Shown here: in pieces, positions 1-8,991 of the stretch | Layout of the letters: each line of letters begins with the position of its first letter | Position numbering within the stretch: the stretch's first letter is position 1 | Assembly (NCBI GenBank): GCA_964628035.1 | Contig: CAZVPI010000008.1 | Coordinates: forward strand, 29,437-93,436 | DNA from: an uncultured Clostridia bacterium | GTDB lineage: Bacteria; Acidobacteriota; Aminicenantia; UBA2199 | Reading direction: 5' to 3' | DNA: 64,000 nucleotides | Made by a program: the position numbers and the translations under genes | Notes under the pieces: model-generated | The model's input: only the letters and a program-made list of their open reading frames with translations | What the model was told of the DNA's origin: nothing | The model's database searches: none

Positions 1-114
1 CGCCCCGGCCTCGTCCAGCGACAGCAGGCTCAGCGAGAGGCCGCCGGCGCGAAGGAACTCCTCGATCTCGCGCCTCTTGCCCCGGTTGCGCGTGGCCAGG
101 AGCAGCCGGGTCAT
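1..114 (-). CDS. rdgB: Non-canonical purine NTP pyrophosphatase (RdgB/Ham1 family). Only the N-terminal 38 codons are in the window; the gene runs off the start
   Basis: Reverse complement of 1-114 translates MTRLLLATRNRGKRREIEEFLRAGGLSLSLLSLDEAGA. The ATRN.GK..E motif is typical of Ham1/RdgB N-termini. Its ATG overlaps the upstream MgtC stop as ATGA. Confidence 0.5.
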   Translation of the reverse strand, partial: MTRLLLATRNRGKRREIEEFLRAGGLSLSLLSLDEAGA

Positions 115-758
115 AGATTTTCCGAGAGGACCTCTTGGACGCCCTCGAGCATCATGACCTTGTCGAGAAACTCGCGGTTCTTGATCTCCGAGGTGGTGAA
201 GATGATCTCGAACTCGTAGGCCCCGGGGCGGCGGTTCAGCCGCGAGCTGCTGGCGCGTATGTTCAGCTCGGTCAGGATGCGGCGCATCTCGACCAGCAGC
301 GAGGCCTTTTCCTCGGTGGTGATGACGTAGACGCAGTTCTGCTTCTGGCGCTCGATCGCCAGCAGGAGGAAACGGAAGGCGGTCAGCACCAGGACCACCA
401 GCAGGGTGACCAGGAAGGCCAGCAGGGTGAAGCCGCCGCCGACGGCGATGCCGATGGCGGCCACGGTCCAGATGGTGGCGGCGGTCGTCAGGCCGTGCAC
501 GGCGAAGCGGGCCTGGATAATGGCGCCGGCGCCCAGGAAGCCGATGCCGGTGACGATCTGGGCCGCAAGCCGCGCCGGGTCGGCCGCCGGCGCCTGGGCG
601 GCGATCTTGAAGGAGAGGATGGTGATCAGGGCGCTGCCGACGGCGATGAGGATGTTGGTGCGCAGCCCGGCCTCCTTGTGGGCCAGCTCGCGCTCCAGGC
701 CGACGATGCCGCCGAGCATGGCCGCCAGCAGGATCTTCAGGATGACGCCGATCTCCAT
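111..758 (-). CDS. MgtC/SapB family membrane protein
   Basis: 215-aa ORF. Hydrophobic N-terminal half with GLERE...GLRTNILIAVGSALI, as in the MgtC family, followed by a soluble C-terminal domain. Confidence 0.75.
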   Translation of the reverse strand: MEIGVILKILLAAMLGGIVGLERELAHKEAGLRTNILIAVGSALITILSFKIAAQAPAADPARLAAQIVTGIGFLGAGAIIQARFAVHGLTTAATIWTVAAIGIAVGGGFTLLAFLVTLLVVLVLTAFRFLLLAIERQKQNCVYVITTEEKASLLVEMRRILTELNIRASSSRLNRRPGAYEFEIIFTTSEIKNREFLDKVMMLEGVQEVLSENL

Positions 759-762
759 TTTC

Positions 763-1674
763 TCACCTCAGCAGGAAGGCGATGGCGAAGACCGCCAGCA
801 GGAACAGCGTGTACAGCAGGAAATAGGGGTTCTTCAGCTGCTTCTCCGGCTCCTCGGCGGCGTCGCGGTCCTGGATCGACTTGAGCATGAACATGACCAG
901 GTAAAAGACGATGAACGGCATGGCGTAGAGAAAGGTCGCCAGCCGCGAGCGCGCGGCGAACAGGATGAACAGGGCCAGGAAGGCCAGGCCGTTGGCGGTC
1001 ATGAAGGCGGCCAGGCCGGCGATGCTCGAGCGGCCCAGCGAGCGCCGGTAGTTGCGCGCCTCCTCGGGGGAAAGGAACTTTTTCTCGGCCACGCGCTTGC
1101 CGATCATCAGGAAATTGCCGAAGGCCCACCAGGCGGCCAGCAGGCTCAGCGGCGGGAAGGAGTCGGCCAGGACATGCCAGCCGATCAGGAAGCGGATGGG
1201 GTTGTTGGCCGACTCCAGCGTCGAATCGAGGTACGGCAGGTCCTTGACGCGCAGCGGCGGCACGTTGTACAGCAGGCCGGCCAGAAGGAGCGCCGCCAGG
1301 CTCCAGGCGCAAGCCGGGCGGAAGGCCAGGAAGGCGATGGCCAGGGCCGACGCCGAGAGCAGGGCCCAGCCGCCTACGAGCACAGGCGCGCTGATCTCCT
1401 TGGCCACCAGCGGCCGGTTCTTTTTCCGGGGGTGGTGGGCGTCGTACGGGGCGTCGGTGATCTCGTTGACGATGTAATTCGCGGTGGAGGCCATCCAGGT
1501 GAGGAGGAAGGCCAGGGCCAGGCGCAGCGCCAGCCCCACGGTCAGGTCCGCGGGAAAACGGGACGGCTCGACCAGGAACACGGCGGCCGAGCCGACGACG
1601 ATGGCGATGCTGCGCGGCCAGCGGTCGAGGCGCAGCGAGGCCAGGTACAGGCTACTCTTCCCTCTTGCGGGCAT
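763..1674 (-). CDS. UbiA-family aromatic/decaprenyl-phosphate prenyltransferase
   Basis: 303 aa with multiple TM helices. NYIVNEITDAPYDAHHPRKKNRPL is an NxxxDxxxD Asp-rich motif characteristic of UbiA prenyltransferases. Confidence 0.75.
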   Translation of the reverse strand: MPARGKSSLYLASLRLDRWPRSIAIVVGSAAVFLVEPSRFPADLTVGLALRLALAFLLTWMASTANYIVNEITDAPYDAHHPRKKNRPLVAKEISAPVLVGGWALLSASALAIAFLAFRPACAWSLAALLLAGLLYNVPPLRVKDLPYLDSTLESANNPIRFLIGWHVLADSFPPLSLLAAWWAFGNFLMIGKRVAEKKFLSPEEARNYRRSLGRSSIAGLAAFMTANGLAFLALFILFAARSRLATFLYAMPFIVFYLVMFMLKSIQDRDAAEEPEKQLKNPYFLLYTLFLLAVFAIAFLLR

Positions 1675-2542
1675 AGACCTCCCAGGAATCGAACAACTGC
1701 AGTCTCAAGTGTAGCTTTTTCAGCGCTCCTTGTAAAGCCGAGCCCTTGAGCCCGGGCAGCAGGCGCGTCGCCAGGTAATAGGCGGTGAAGTGCCAGGCGA
1801 AGCGCCGGCTGGCGGCGATCTCGAAACCGTAGCGGCCGAGCAGCCGGCGCAGCGAGCGGCGGTTGAAGAAATTCACGTGGGCCGTGCGGTAGTGCCACCA
1901 GCGGCCGCCCAGGATGCGGGCGGCCAGGCTGCCGACGTCCGGGGTGACGATGACCAGCACCCCCCCGGGTTCCAGCAGGGGCGTGAGGGCGGCCATCAGG
2001 GCGCACGGGTCGGTGACGTGCTCCAGGACGTCCAGCAGGGTCACGATGCGGAACGTCTCGCCCCGCGGGTATTGCTCGGCCGTGCCGCGGAAGAGCTCCA
2101 GGCCGAAGCGCCGCTCGGCCTCGGCGGCCAGCGACGCGGACGGCTCGATGCCGCGCACGACGTAGCCGGCCGCCCGCGCCAGGTCGAGGAAAATGCCGCT
2201 GGCGGCGCCCACGTCGAGGAGGCGGCAGCCCGGCGGGGCGAAGGCGGCGAGCCGCCTCAGAATGGCGGCGAAGTTGCGCCCGCGCCCCTCCCCTTCCTGG
2301 CCGTACTCCTCGTCCTCGAGGGCGGCGTAGAATCCGGCGATGGCCTCCGGGTCGGGCGCCGGATCGGCGAACACGAAGCCGCAGTCGCGGCAGGAGGAAA
2401 GGGCCCAGCGCGACCCGTAGCGGCTGTCGGTGATCTTGAAGTCGCCGGCGTTGACGGCAACGGGATCGACGGTCCCCTTCTTGAACGGGCGGATGCGCCC
2501 GCCCCCGCACAGGGGGCAGCTGGCAAGCGGAGCAAGCTTCAT
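1652..2542 (-). CDS. Class I SAM-dependent methyltransferase
   Basis: The real start is the internal ATG (MKLAPLAS...) of a longer track ORF whose 5' part is Arg-rich antisense noise. LLDVGAASGIF is a SAM-binding glycine motif. An N-terminal CPLCGG...CRDCG motif looks like a zinc ribbon. Confidence 0.7.
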   Translation of the reverse strand: MKLAPLASCPLCGGGRIRPFKKGTVDPVAVNAGDFKITDSRYGSRWALSSCRDCGFVFADPAPDPEAIAGFYAALEDEEYGQEGEGRGRNFAAILRRLAAFAPPGCRLLDVGAASGIFLDLARAAGYVVRGIEPSASLAAEAERRFGLELFRGTAEQYPRGETFRIVTLLDVLEHVTDPCALMAALTPLLEPGGVLVIVTPDVGSLAARILGGRWWHYRTAHVNFFNRRSLRRLLGRYGFEIAASRRFAWHFTAYYLATRLLPGLKGSALQGALKKLHLRLQLFDSWEVYARKREE

Positions 2543-4734
2543 TCTTCCCTTTCCGGCCGGACCGCTCCGACGGGTCCGGCCGGTCTGACTTCTTCGGAAA
2601 AGAAGTGCTTCTTCCAGAACCCGATCGAGGCAAGGGCGTTCTCCAGGGCCTTCTTGCCGCGGATGCCGTGGCGCTGGCCCGGGTAGATCATCAGCTCCAG
2701 CGTCTTGCCCTGGTCGAGCAGAACGTCGAGCAGCTGCAGCGAGTTTTGCATGTGCACGTTGTCGTCCATGCTGCCGTGGGTCAGGCGCAGGCCGCCGCGG
2801 TAGGAGGCGGCGTGGGTGAGGACGGAGGCCTGGCGGTAGCCCTCGGGATTTTCCTGCGGCGTGTCCATGTAGCGCTCGGTATAGACCGAGTCGTACAGGG
2901 TCCAGTCGATCACCGAGTATTCGGCGATGCCGCAGGAGAAGAGGTCGGGGGCCGACACCACGGCCAGGGCGGCGACGTAGCCGCCGTAGCTGCCGCCGCT
3001 GATGCCGATGCGCTCCGCCGCGACGAAGGGCTGCCGGCGCAGCCAGGCGACGGCGCTGCCGTAGTCGGCCATCTCCCACTTGCCCAGGCAGCGGTGCATG
3101 AGCTCCTCGCCGCGCTTGCCGTGGTGGCCGGCGCCGCGATGGTCCACGGTCATGACGATGATGCCCTGCGTCGCCAGGTACGCGTCGTCCAGGCGGCGGG
3201 GAAAGGCGTCGCGGACCGAGCGGGCGCCGGGACCGCCGTACAGGCTCAGCACCACGGGGTATTTTTTGGCTGGATCGAAGCCGGGCGGCAGGATCCAGGC
3301 GGCGGGCAGCATCACGCCGTCGGCGGCGGGGATGCGGAAGATCTCGCGCCGGCCCAGGTCGAGGGCGGCCAGCGCCGGGGTGGAGCTGTCGCCCAGTTCG
3401 CGCAGCAAACGGCCGTCGCCGGCGCACAGCCGCAGCGCGGCCGGCCGATCCAGCGCGGACCAGCGGTCGAGGAAGAAGGCTCCGCGCGCCGACACGTCGG
3501 CGAAGTGCGATCCGCCGCCGACCGTCAGGCGCAGGGGCTCGCCTCCCGACCACGAGATCCGGTAGAGGTCGCTGCGCGTCGAATCCTCCTTGTCGGCGCT
3601 GAAGAACACCAGGCCGCGAGGCTCATCGACCGCCTGGATGGCGCCCACCGACCACTCGCCGGCGGTCAGGGCCCGCTCGTTGCCGGAGGCGTCGATGCGC
3701 AGCAGGTGGGTCCAGCCGCCCTTGCTGCTCAGCAGCAGCAGGGAGCCGTCGGCCAGCGGCACGAAGCTGCGGCCGTCCAGGAAGTCGATCCAGGCTTTCT
3801 GCCGCTCGCTGTAGGCCAGGCGCAGCGTCCTGGCGGCGAGGTCGTATTCATAGATGCGCAATTCGTCCTGGCCGCGGTTGAGCCACTGCAGGTAAGCCTT
3901 GTCCCCCTGCGGCGACCAGGCGAGGAAGGTCAGGTAGTGCTCGCCGCTATCCGCGAAAGAGACCCAGTCGATCTTTCCGCCCTCGGCCGCGACGAAGCCC
4001 GCCTTGACCTCGGGGTTGGGGAAACCGGGCTTGGGGTAGCGCTGCATCTCGAGCCGGCCGTAGGCGCCCTCGGCCGCGAACAGGGGGAAGCGCGGCACCC
4101 GCGACTGGTCGAAGCGCAGAAAGGCGATGCGCCTGCCGTCGGGGCTCCACTCGAAGGCGCGGTAGCGGCTGGCGCGGCCGAGGATCTCCTCGTAATAGAC
4201 CCACGAGGCGTACCCGTTGAGGATCTCCTCGCCGCCGTCGGCGGTCAGGCGCACCGGGGCGCCGCCGTCGACGTCGGCCGCATAGAGGTCGCCGCCGCAG
4301 GTGAAGGCCAGGCGTCGCCCGTCGGGAGAAAAGACCGGGTTCTCCTCCGCGGCCGGGGTGGAGGTGACGCGGGTCAGCCGGCCGGTTCGGGCGCGGAACA
4401 CGAACAGGTCGTTTTCGTGGACGAAGGCCAGGGCGGAGAAGTCGGGGCGGCGCGCAGCGGGTCGCAGCCAGTCCAGGCCCTCGGGGCCGGTTTTTCGCCA
4501 GCGGTCGGGATCGAACAGGACGCGGGCGCGGCCGCTGCGGGCGTCGACGCGCAGGGCCCTGCCGCCGCGCAGCTCCACGTAGGCCGAGTCGTCCAGCCAG
4601 GGGCCCGCCTCGGGCAGGGGCTTGAACAGCGGCTCACCGCGGTTCAGGAAGGCCTGCTCCAGGGTCAGTTTCTTCAACTCCCCGGCCTGGAGGCCGAGAG
4701 CGCAAGCCAGCAACAAAGGGATCAACCGTTTCAT
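2539..4734 (-). CDS. S9-family serine peptidase, DPP-IV-like (beta-propeller plus prolyl oligopeptidase domain)
   Basis: Start at MKRLIPLLLACALG (signal peptide). GGSYGGY is the catalytic Ser motif. An N-terminal beta-propeller region has WSPDG repeats. Confidence 0.85.
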   Translation of the reverse strand: MKRLIPLLLACALGLQAGELKKLTLEQAFLNRGEPLFKPLPEAGPWLDDSAYVELRGGRALRVDARSGRARVLFDPDRWRKTGPEGLDWLRPAARRPDFSALAFVHENDLFVFRARTGRLTRVTSTPAAEENPVFSPDGRRLAFTCGGDLYAADVDGGAPVRLTADGGEEILNGYASWVYYEEILGRASRYRAFEWSPDGRRIAFLRFDQSRVPRFPLFAAEGAYGRLEMQRYPKPGFPNPEVKAGFVAAEGGKIDWVSFADSGEHYLTFLAWSPQGDKAYLQWLNRGQDELRIYEYDLAARTLRLAYSERQKAWIDFLDGRSFVPLADGSLLLLSSKGGWTHLLRIDASGNERALTAGEWSVGAIQAVDEPRGLVFFSADKEDSTRSDLYRISWSGGEPLRLTVGGGSHFADVSARGAFFLDRWSALDRPAALRLCAGDGRLLRELGDSSTPALAALDLGRREIFRIPAADGVMLPAAWILPPGFDPAKKYPVVLSLYGGPGARSVRDAFPRRLDDAYLATQGIIVMTVDHRGAGHHGKRGEELMHRCLGKWEMADYGSAVAWLRRQPFVAAERIGISGGSYGGYVAALAVVSAPDLFSCGIAEYSVIDWTLYDSVYTERYMDTPQENPEGYRQASVLTHAASYRGGLRLTHGSMDDNVHMQNSLQLLDVLLDQGKTLELMIYPGQRHGIRGKKALENALASIGFWKKHFFSEEVRPAGPVGAVRPEREE
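2553..2583 (-). other. Perfect 11-bp inverted repeat hairpin (CCGGCCGGACC-9nt-GGTCCGGCCGG) inside the last 15 codons of the S9 peptidase gene, 10 nt upstream of the methyltransferase ATG
   Basis: Seen directly: CCGGCCGGACCGCTCCGACGGGTCCGGCCGG. It is GC-rich and has no T-run. Confidence 0.6.
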
Positions 4735-4787
4735 GCTTCCTCCATGGTCACTTGCTACGCAACGACCGGGCAAAACGTTGCGGAGAA

Positions 4788-6059
4788 TCAGACGACGAAG
4801 CCGGCGGGGATCTCCATGTCCTTGGGGATCACGGTGATGCCGTCGACGATGCTGTAGCGGTCGTGCGTGTAGTTCAGCAGCCCCTTCTCGTTGAGCAGCC
4901 TGGCCCCGGCGCCCAGGCGCACGTTCTTGTCCAGGATGGCGTTGCGCACGATGCAGTCGCGGCTGATGCCGACCGGGGGGCGGCCGCGGCGCTCGTTCTC
5001 GGCCTTTTCCTCGGCGCTCTCGTAAAAATCGGCGCCCATCATGACCACCCGCTCCAGGTAGGAGTTGGCGCGGATCACCGAGCGCGTGCCGATGACGGTG
5101 TTGCTCAGCTTGCTGCCCTCGATGATCGAGCCGTCGGAGATCAGCGAATAGTGGACGTCGCAGTTCTCGATCTTGGACCCGGGCAGGAAGCGCTTGCGGG
5201 TGAAGATCGGCGCCTCCTCGTTGTAGAAGTCGAAATGGGGAATGGGGTTGGCGAAGTCGAGGTTGGCCTCGAAAAAGGCCTTGATGGTCCCGATGTCCTC
5301 CCAGTAGTCGTTGAAGACGTAGGCAAACACGCGGCGGCCGGCGATGGCGTCGGGGATGACCTCGCGGCCGAAGTCCTCCTTGACGTTGTGCTCCAGCAGG
5401 TCGATCAGCACATCTTTCTTGAAGATATAGATGCCCATGGAGGCGATGTGCGTCAGGCTCGCGTCGCGCAGCCCCAGGTAGGAGGGCGGGGTGGCCAGCT
5501 CGTCCAGCAGGGCGTCGCCCTTGGGTTTCTCCACGAAGCGGACGATGCGCCGCCTGTCGTCGGTCTGCAGGATGCCGAAGTCGCCCGCCTTGGCGCGCGG
5601 GACCGGCTTGACGGCGATGGTGATTTCGGCCCCGTTCTCCTGGTGGCAGCGCATGAACTCCTGCAGGTTGATGCGGTAGAGCTGGTCGCCGGACAGGATC
5701 ACCACCGTGCCGACCTTCTGGTGCTTGATGTAATGGATGTTCTTGCGCACGGCGTCGGCCGTCCCCTGGTACCAGTTGGAGTCCTCGATGGTCTGCTGGG
5801 CGGCCAGGATCTGCAGGAAGCCGTCGGAGAAGCCGTCGAAACGGTAGGATTGGGCGATGTGGCGGTGCAGCGAGGCGGTGTTGAACTGGGTCAGGACCAT
5901 GATCTTGCGGATGTTCCAGTGCAGGCAGTTGGAGATGGGGATGTCGATGAGGCGGAACTTGCCGCCGATGGGCACCGCCGGCTTGGCGCGGAACTTGGTC
6001 AGGGGATACAGGCGGGTGCCGCGGCCGCCGCCCAAGATCACGGCCAGGGTGTTTTTCAT
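4788..6059 (-). CDS. glgC: Glucose-1-phosphate adenylyltransferase
   Basis: Starts MKNTLAVILGGGRGTRLYPLTK...PAVP.GGK, the diagnostic GlgC N-terminus. C-terminal left-handed beta-helix region. The 5' extension in the track ORF is not protein-like. Confidence 0.9.
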   Translation of the reverse strand: MKNTLAVILGGGRGTRLYPLTKFRAKPAVPIGGKFRLIDIPISNCLHWNIRKIMVLTQFNTASLHRHIAQSYRFDGFSDGFLQILAAQQTIEDSNWYQGTADAVRKNIHYIKHQKVGTVVILSGDQLYRINLQEFMRCHQENGAEITIAVKPVPRAKAGDFGILQTDDRRRIVRFVEKPKGDALLDELATPPSYLGLRDASLTHIASMGIYIFKKDVLIDLLEHNVKEDFGREVIPDAIAGRRVFAYVFNDYWEDIGTIKAFFEANLDFANPIPHFDFYNEEAPIFTRKRFLPGSKIENCDVHYSLISDGSIIEGSKLSNTVIGTRSVIRANSYLERVVMMGADFYESAEEKAENERRGRPPVGISRDCIVRNAILDKNVRLGAGARLLNEKGLLNYTHDRYSIVDGITVIPKDMEIPAGFVV

Positions 6060-6107
6060 GGGGCCATAGTAGATTCTGGCCAGGGGAAAGTCAATATGTT
6101 GAATGGC

Positions 6108-6349
6108 GAACTCAGTGACGAGAGGCGCGCTTCGCGCGCAGGGTAAAAGGCAAAAGTACAGAGGCGCAAGCAGGGACGGCGTCACGGAGTGACGACCGCC
6201 AGAGGCAGCGAAGGAGCGACTCCTGATGATGAGAGGGACAACTCGGCTGACGTGAAAAAAGGAGCACACTGGACGAAGGAGAAGAAATAGCTTGACCTAT
6301 TGCCACTTCTCTTCCCTCCTCACCCGTCACTTGTCACTTGTCACTGATC
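6108..6349. mobile_element. MITE/REP-like element, family 1 (terminal inverted repeats containing GTGACAAGTGAC), copy 1
   Basis: Left end GAACTCAGTGACGAG. Right end CGTCACTTGTCACTTGTCACTGATC is its inverted complement. The internal block GAGGCGCGCTTCGCGC...AAAAGGCAAAAGTACA is shared with the copy at 21029. Confidence 0.6.
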
Positions 6350-7026
6350 TCTTCTAATTGTCCGCCATGGAGCAGGTATCTCCTGTCCGTGAGCCGGGCC
6401 AGCTGCGGGTTGTGGGTGGCGACGACGGCGCTGAGGCCGCGGTCGGCGATCAGCCGCCGCAGCAGGGCGAAGACCGCCTCGCCGGTCTTCCAGTCGAGGC
6501 TTCCGGTCGGCTCGTCGGCCAGCAGCAGGCGCGGCCCGTTGAGCAGGCTGCGGGCGATGGCCGCCCGCTGCCTTTCCCCGCCCGAAAGTTGGTGGGGCAT
6601 GGCATCGAGCCGGTCGCCCAGGCCCACCTCGGCCAGCAGCGCCGAGGCCCGCTCCAGGGCCTGGCGCTTGCGGAAAGCGCGCACCAGCCCCGGTGCGGCT
6701 ACGTTCTCCCGCACCGTCAGCTCGGGCATCAGGTAATGGAACTGGAAGACGAAGCCGATGTCGCGGTTGCGGTAGTCGGCGAGCCGCCGGCGGCCGAAGG
6801 CGGCGATCTCCTCGCCGTCGAAGCGGATGCTCCCCCCGTCGGGACGGTCGAGCGAACCGAGCAGGTGCAGCAGCGTGCTCTTGCCCGAGCCCGAGGCGCC
6901 GGTGACCGACACGACGCTCCCCCGCGCCAGCTCCAGGGACAGGCCGTTCAAAATGACCAGCCGCTCGCGGTTCGGCTGGACAAAACTCTTGCGGATCTCC
7001 CTTGCCTCAAGGATCGGGTCGGACAT
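6334..7026 (-). CDS. ABC transporter ATP-binding protein (LolD/MacB/FtsE-like)
   Basis: Walker A GASGSGKST, signature LSGGERQR, Walker B LLLADEPT. 230 aa. Confidence 0.85.
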   Translation of the reverse strand: MSDPILEAREIRKSFVQPNRERLVILNGLSLELARGSVVSVTGASGSGKSTLLHLLGSLDRPDGGSIRFDGEEIAAFGRRRLADYRNRDIGFVFQFHYLMPELTVRENVAAPGLVRAFRKRQALERASALLAEVGLGDRLDAMPHQLSGGERQRAAIARSLLNGPRLLLADEPTGSLDWKTGEAVFALLRRLIADRGLSAVVATHNPQLARLTDRRYLLHGGQLEEISDK

Positions 7027-7038
7027 GCGCTTCTCCTT

Positions 7039-7521
7039 TCAGCCCTCGCCGGGGCGGGGCGCCGCGTCCGGCAGGACCGCGATGACGGCCTTGAGCCGGG
7101 GCAGCCAGTAGTCGTTCAGGATTTCCACGCGCACCCAGCCGCCGGAACTGGGGGCGTGCACGAAGCTTCCCTGCCCCAGGAAAATGGCCGTATGCCAGGA
7201 CTTTTTCAGGCGGAAGGCCAGGATGTCGCCCGGCTGGGCCTGGTGCAGGCGCACCGCCCGGCCGAGGCGCGATTGCTCGCGGGCGCTGCGCGGCAGGCGG
7301 ATGCCGAAGCAGTCGTAGACGTACGCCACCAGCCCGCTGCAGTCGAAGCCGTCGATGTCGCCTCCTCCATACACATAGGGCAGGCCGGCCAGGCTCGCGG
7401 CCAGCAGCGCCACCCGGCCGCGCAGCGCCGGGCGGCCGGGCGGCTCGGTGCGCACGGCGCAGGAGGCGGCGGCCAGCAGCGCCAGGGCTGCCAGGGGTCG
7501 GGCGAGTCGGAGGGGGATCAT
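7039..7521 (-). CDS. NlpC/P60 (C40) family peptidoglycan endopeptidase lipoprotein
   Basis: Signal/lipobox-like N-terminus (LLAAASCA), catalytic DCSGLVAYVY, and a downstream His (HTAIFLG). Confidence 0.8.
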   Translation of the reverse strand: MIPLRLARPLAALALLAAASCAVRTEPPGRPALRGRVALLAASLAGLPYVYGGGDIDGFDCSGLVAYVYDCFGIRLPRSAREQSRLGRAVRLHQAQPGDILAFRLKKSWHTAIFLGQGSFVHAPSSGGWVRVEILNDYWLPRLKAVIAVLPDAAPRPGEG

Positions 7522-7552
7522 CTGCGCTGCGTCCTTGCCGGGGCATGGGAGA

Positions 7553-7634
7553 TGCGAAAGGGGGGACTCGAACCCCCAGGCCTTGCGGCATCAGATCCTA
7601 AGTCTGACGTGTCTGCCAATTCCACCACTTTCGC
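7553..7634 (-). tRNA. tRNA-Leu, anticodon UAG, class II with long variable arm; CCA not encoded
   Basis: Reverse complement reads GCGAAAG-TG-GTGG-AATTGGCAGA-CACG-TCAGA-CTTAGGA-TCTGA-TGCCGCAAGGCCT-GGGGG-TTCGAGT-CCCCC-CTTTCGC-A. It has a perfect 7-bp acceptor stem, a 5-bp anticodon stem and a 5-bp T stem. GTTCGAGTC is the T loop. Anticodon TAG. Confidence 0.85.
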
Positions 7635-7752
7635 GGCCGCCCGGGGCGAAAATACCACGGGCGGCGGCGGTTGTCAAATCATTCGCCAAGGGTTTGACAT
7701 CGTGGAATCCTTCTGCTATGGTGGAAAAAGGAAATCCGTTCGGGAGGTTGCG

Positions 7753-8598
7753 ATGCCAAGCAAAAACAAAAGACTTGTCCGCGCCGTTCCGGCGCTGCTC
7801 CTGTCTTTCGGGCTGCTCGCGCTGCTCTGGCAGGCGGGCTGCCGCATGGAGACCCGTGAAGTCGGCCGCACGGCCGGCAGGCTGGAACAGATCCGCAAGG
7901 CGGGAAAGATCGTCGTCGGCACCAGCGCCGATTACCCGCCCTACGAATTCCGCCTCCTGCCCGATCTGGACCAGGAGATGGTGGGCATCGACATCGACAT
8001 CGCCGAGGCCATCGCCGCCAACCTAAGCGTCAGGCTGGAGCTCCGCGACATCGTGTTCAGCCGCCTGTTCGACGAGCTGGCGGCTGGGAACATCGACCTG
8101 GCCCTGGCCGGGCTGGCGCCGACCGAGAACCGCAAACGCGTAGCCGACTTCTCCATCCCCTACTACAAGGCGATGCAGAACATGCTGATCCGCGCCGAGG
8201 ACAAGGAGCGCATCCAACTGGTCGAGGACCTGCGCGGCAAGGTGGTGGGCACGCAGCGCGGATCGATCCAGGAGGACCTGGCCCGCAACCTGCTCAACGG
8301 CGCCGCCTTCTTCCTGCACGAGGAGATCGACGAGCTGATCGGCGCCCTGCTGCGCAAGGAGATCGACGCCATCATCCTGGAGAGGCCCGTGGCCGAGACC
8401 TACGCCGCCCGCGCCCCCGGATTCCTGCTGAACCTCGAATGCGACGCCGAAGGCCAGCACCTGGAATCGGCGGCGGCGGTGCGCAAGGGCGACGCGGAGC
8501 TCCTGGAGCGGGTCAACCAGGTCCTGAAGCAGTTGATCGCCGAGAACAAGATCACCGAATCGGCGGAAGCCGCCAAGCTATTGGCGAACAAGATTTAG
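7753..8598 (+). CDS. Amino-acid ABC transporter substrate-binding protein (family 3 SBP), no adjacent permease or ATPase
   Basis: GGAGG RBS 8 nt upstream of the ATG. Signal peptide MPSKNKRLVRAVPALLLSFGLLALL. Type-3 SBP layout with VVGTSADYPPYEF ... DLALAGL. Confidence 0.8.
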   Translation: MPSKNKRLVRAVPALLLSFGLLALLWQAGCRMETREVGRTAGRLEQIRKAGKIVVGTSADYPPYEFRLLPDLDQEMVGIDIDIAEAIAANLSVRLELRDIVFSRLFDELAAGNIDLALAGLAPTENRKRVADFSIPYYKAMQNMLIRAEDKERIQLVEDLRGKVVGTQRGSIQEDLARNLLNGAAFFLHEEIDELIGALLRKEIDAIILERPVAETYAARAPGFLLNLECDAEGQHLESAAAVRKGDAELLERVNQVLKQLIAENKITESAEAAKLLANKI

Positions 8599-8635
8599 CC
8601 GTTACTGTGATAGCGGTCGCAGCAGCCAAGGGCGA

Positions 8636-8760
8636 ACACCAGTGATGCGTGATGAGAAAAGCCAAGAACGAGCATACGTGATAGGCATTGAGAAAAGCCG
8701 AGAACAAGCTTTCGTGATCCGGAAGAGCCAAGACTGAGCGAGAACTCGGCGCAAGGAGCA
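8636..8760. repeat. Purine-rich degenerate tandem repeat (GTGATGAGAAAAGCCAAGAAC...); a related copy is at 62283-62320
   Basis: Three imperfect units of about 30 bp begin CGTGAT and carry AAAAGCC(A/G)AGAAC. 62290-62316 matches the same motif. Confidence 0.5.
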
Positions 8761-8799
8761 GGGCGGAGAACGCGGGGAAAGAAAGATGCATGCTCGCTT

Positions 8800-8935
8800 C
8801 ACAGTTGCCTTTTGCCCTTCGCCTTTTGCCTTGAGCCATCGTTCAGGTCAAGCGCAAAATGACTATTCAGCGCCTTTTCTTCAATTTTTGTCTTTTGCCT
8901 TTTCCCTTTCACCTTGTAAGCGCCTTGGTTTGGGT
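8800..8935. repeat. GCCTTTTGCC direct-repeat element (also at 49253-49316 and 62440-62475)
   Basis: TTGCCTTTTGCCCTTCGCCTTTTGCCTTG then GTCTTTTGCCTTTTCCCTTTCACCTTG. The complement motif GGCAAAAGGC occurs inside the family-1 elements. Confidence 0.45.
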
Positions 8936-8991
8936 CATGGGAATTTGTCCGCGGCTTGCCGCTTGCCGTTTCCGACGCTGACACGAACCCC

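Noticed and set aside
406-4857. Long ORFs 406-1749(+), 1542-2633(-), 1790-2686(+) and 2605-4857(+), plus the 5' parts of 1652-3553(-), encoding Arg/Gly/Pro/Ala-rich polypeptides
   Set aside because: These are antisense or out-of-frame to clearly protein-like genes (UbiA, methyltransferase, S9 peptidase). The composition is typical of spurious high-GC open frames, and they lack motifs and plausible starts.
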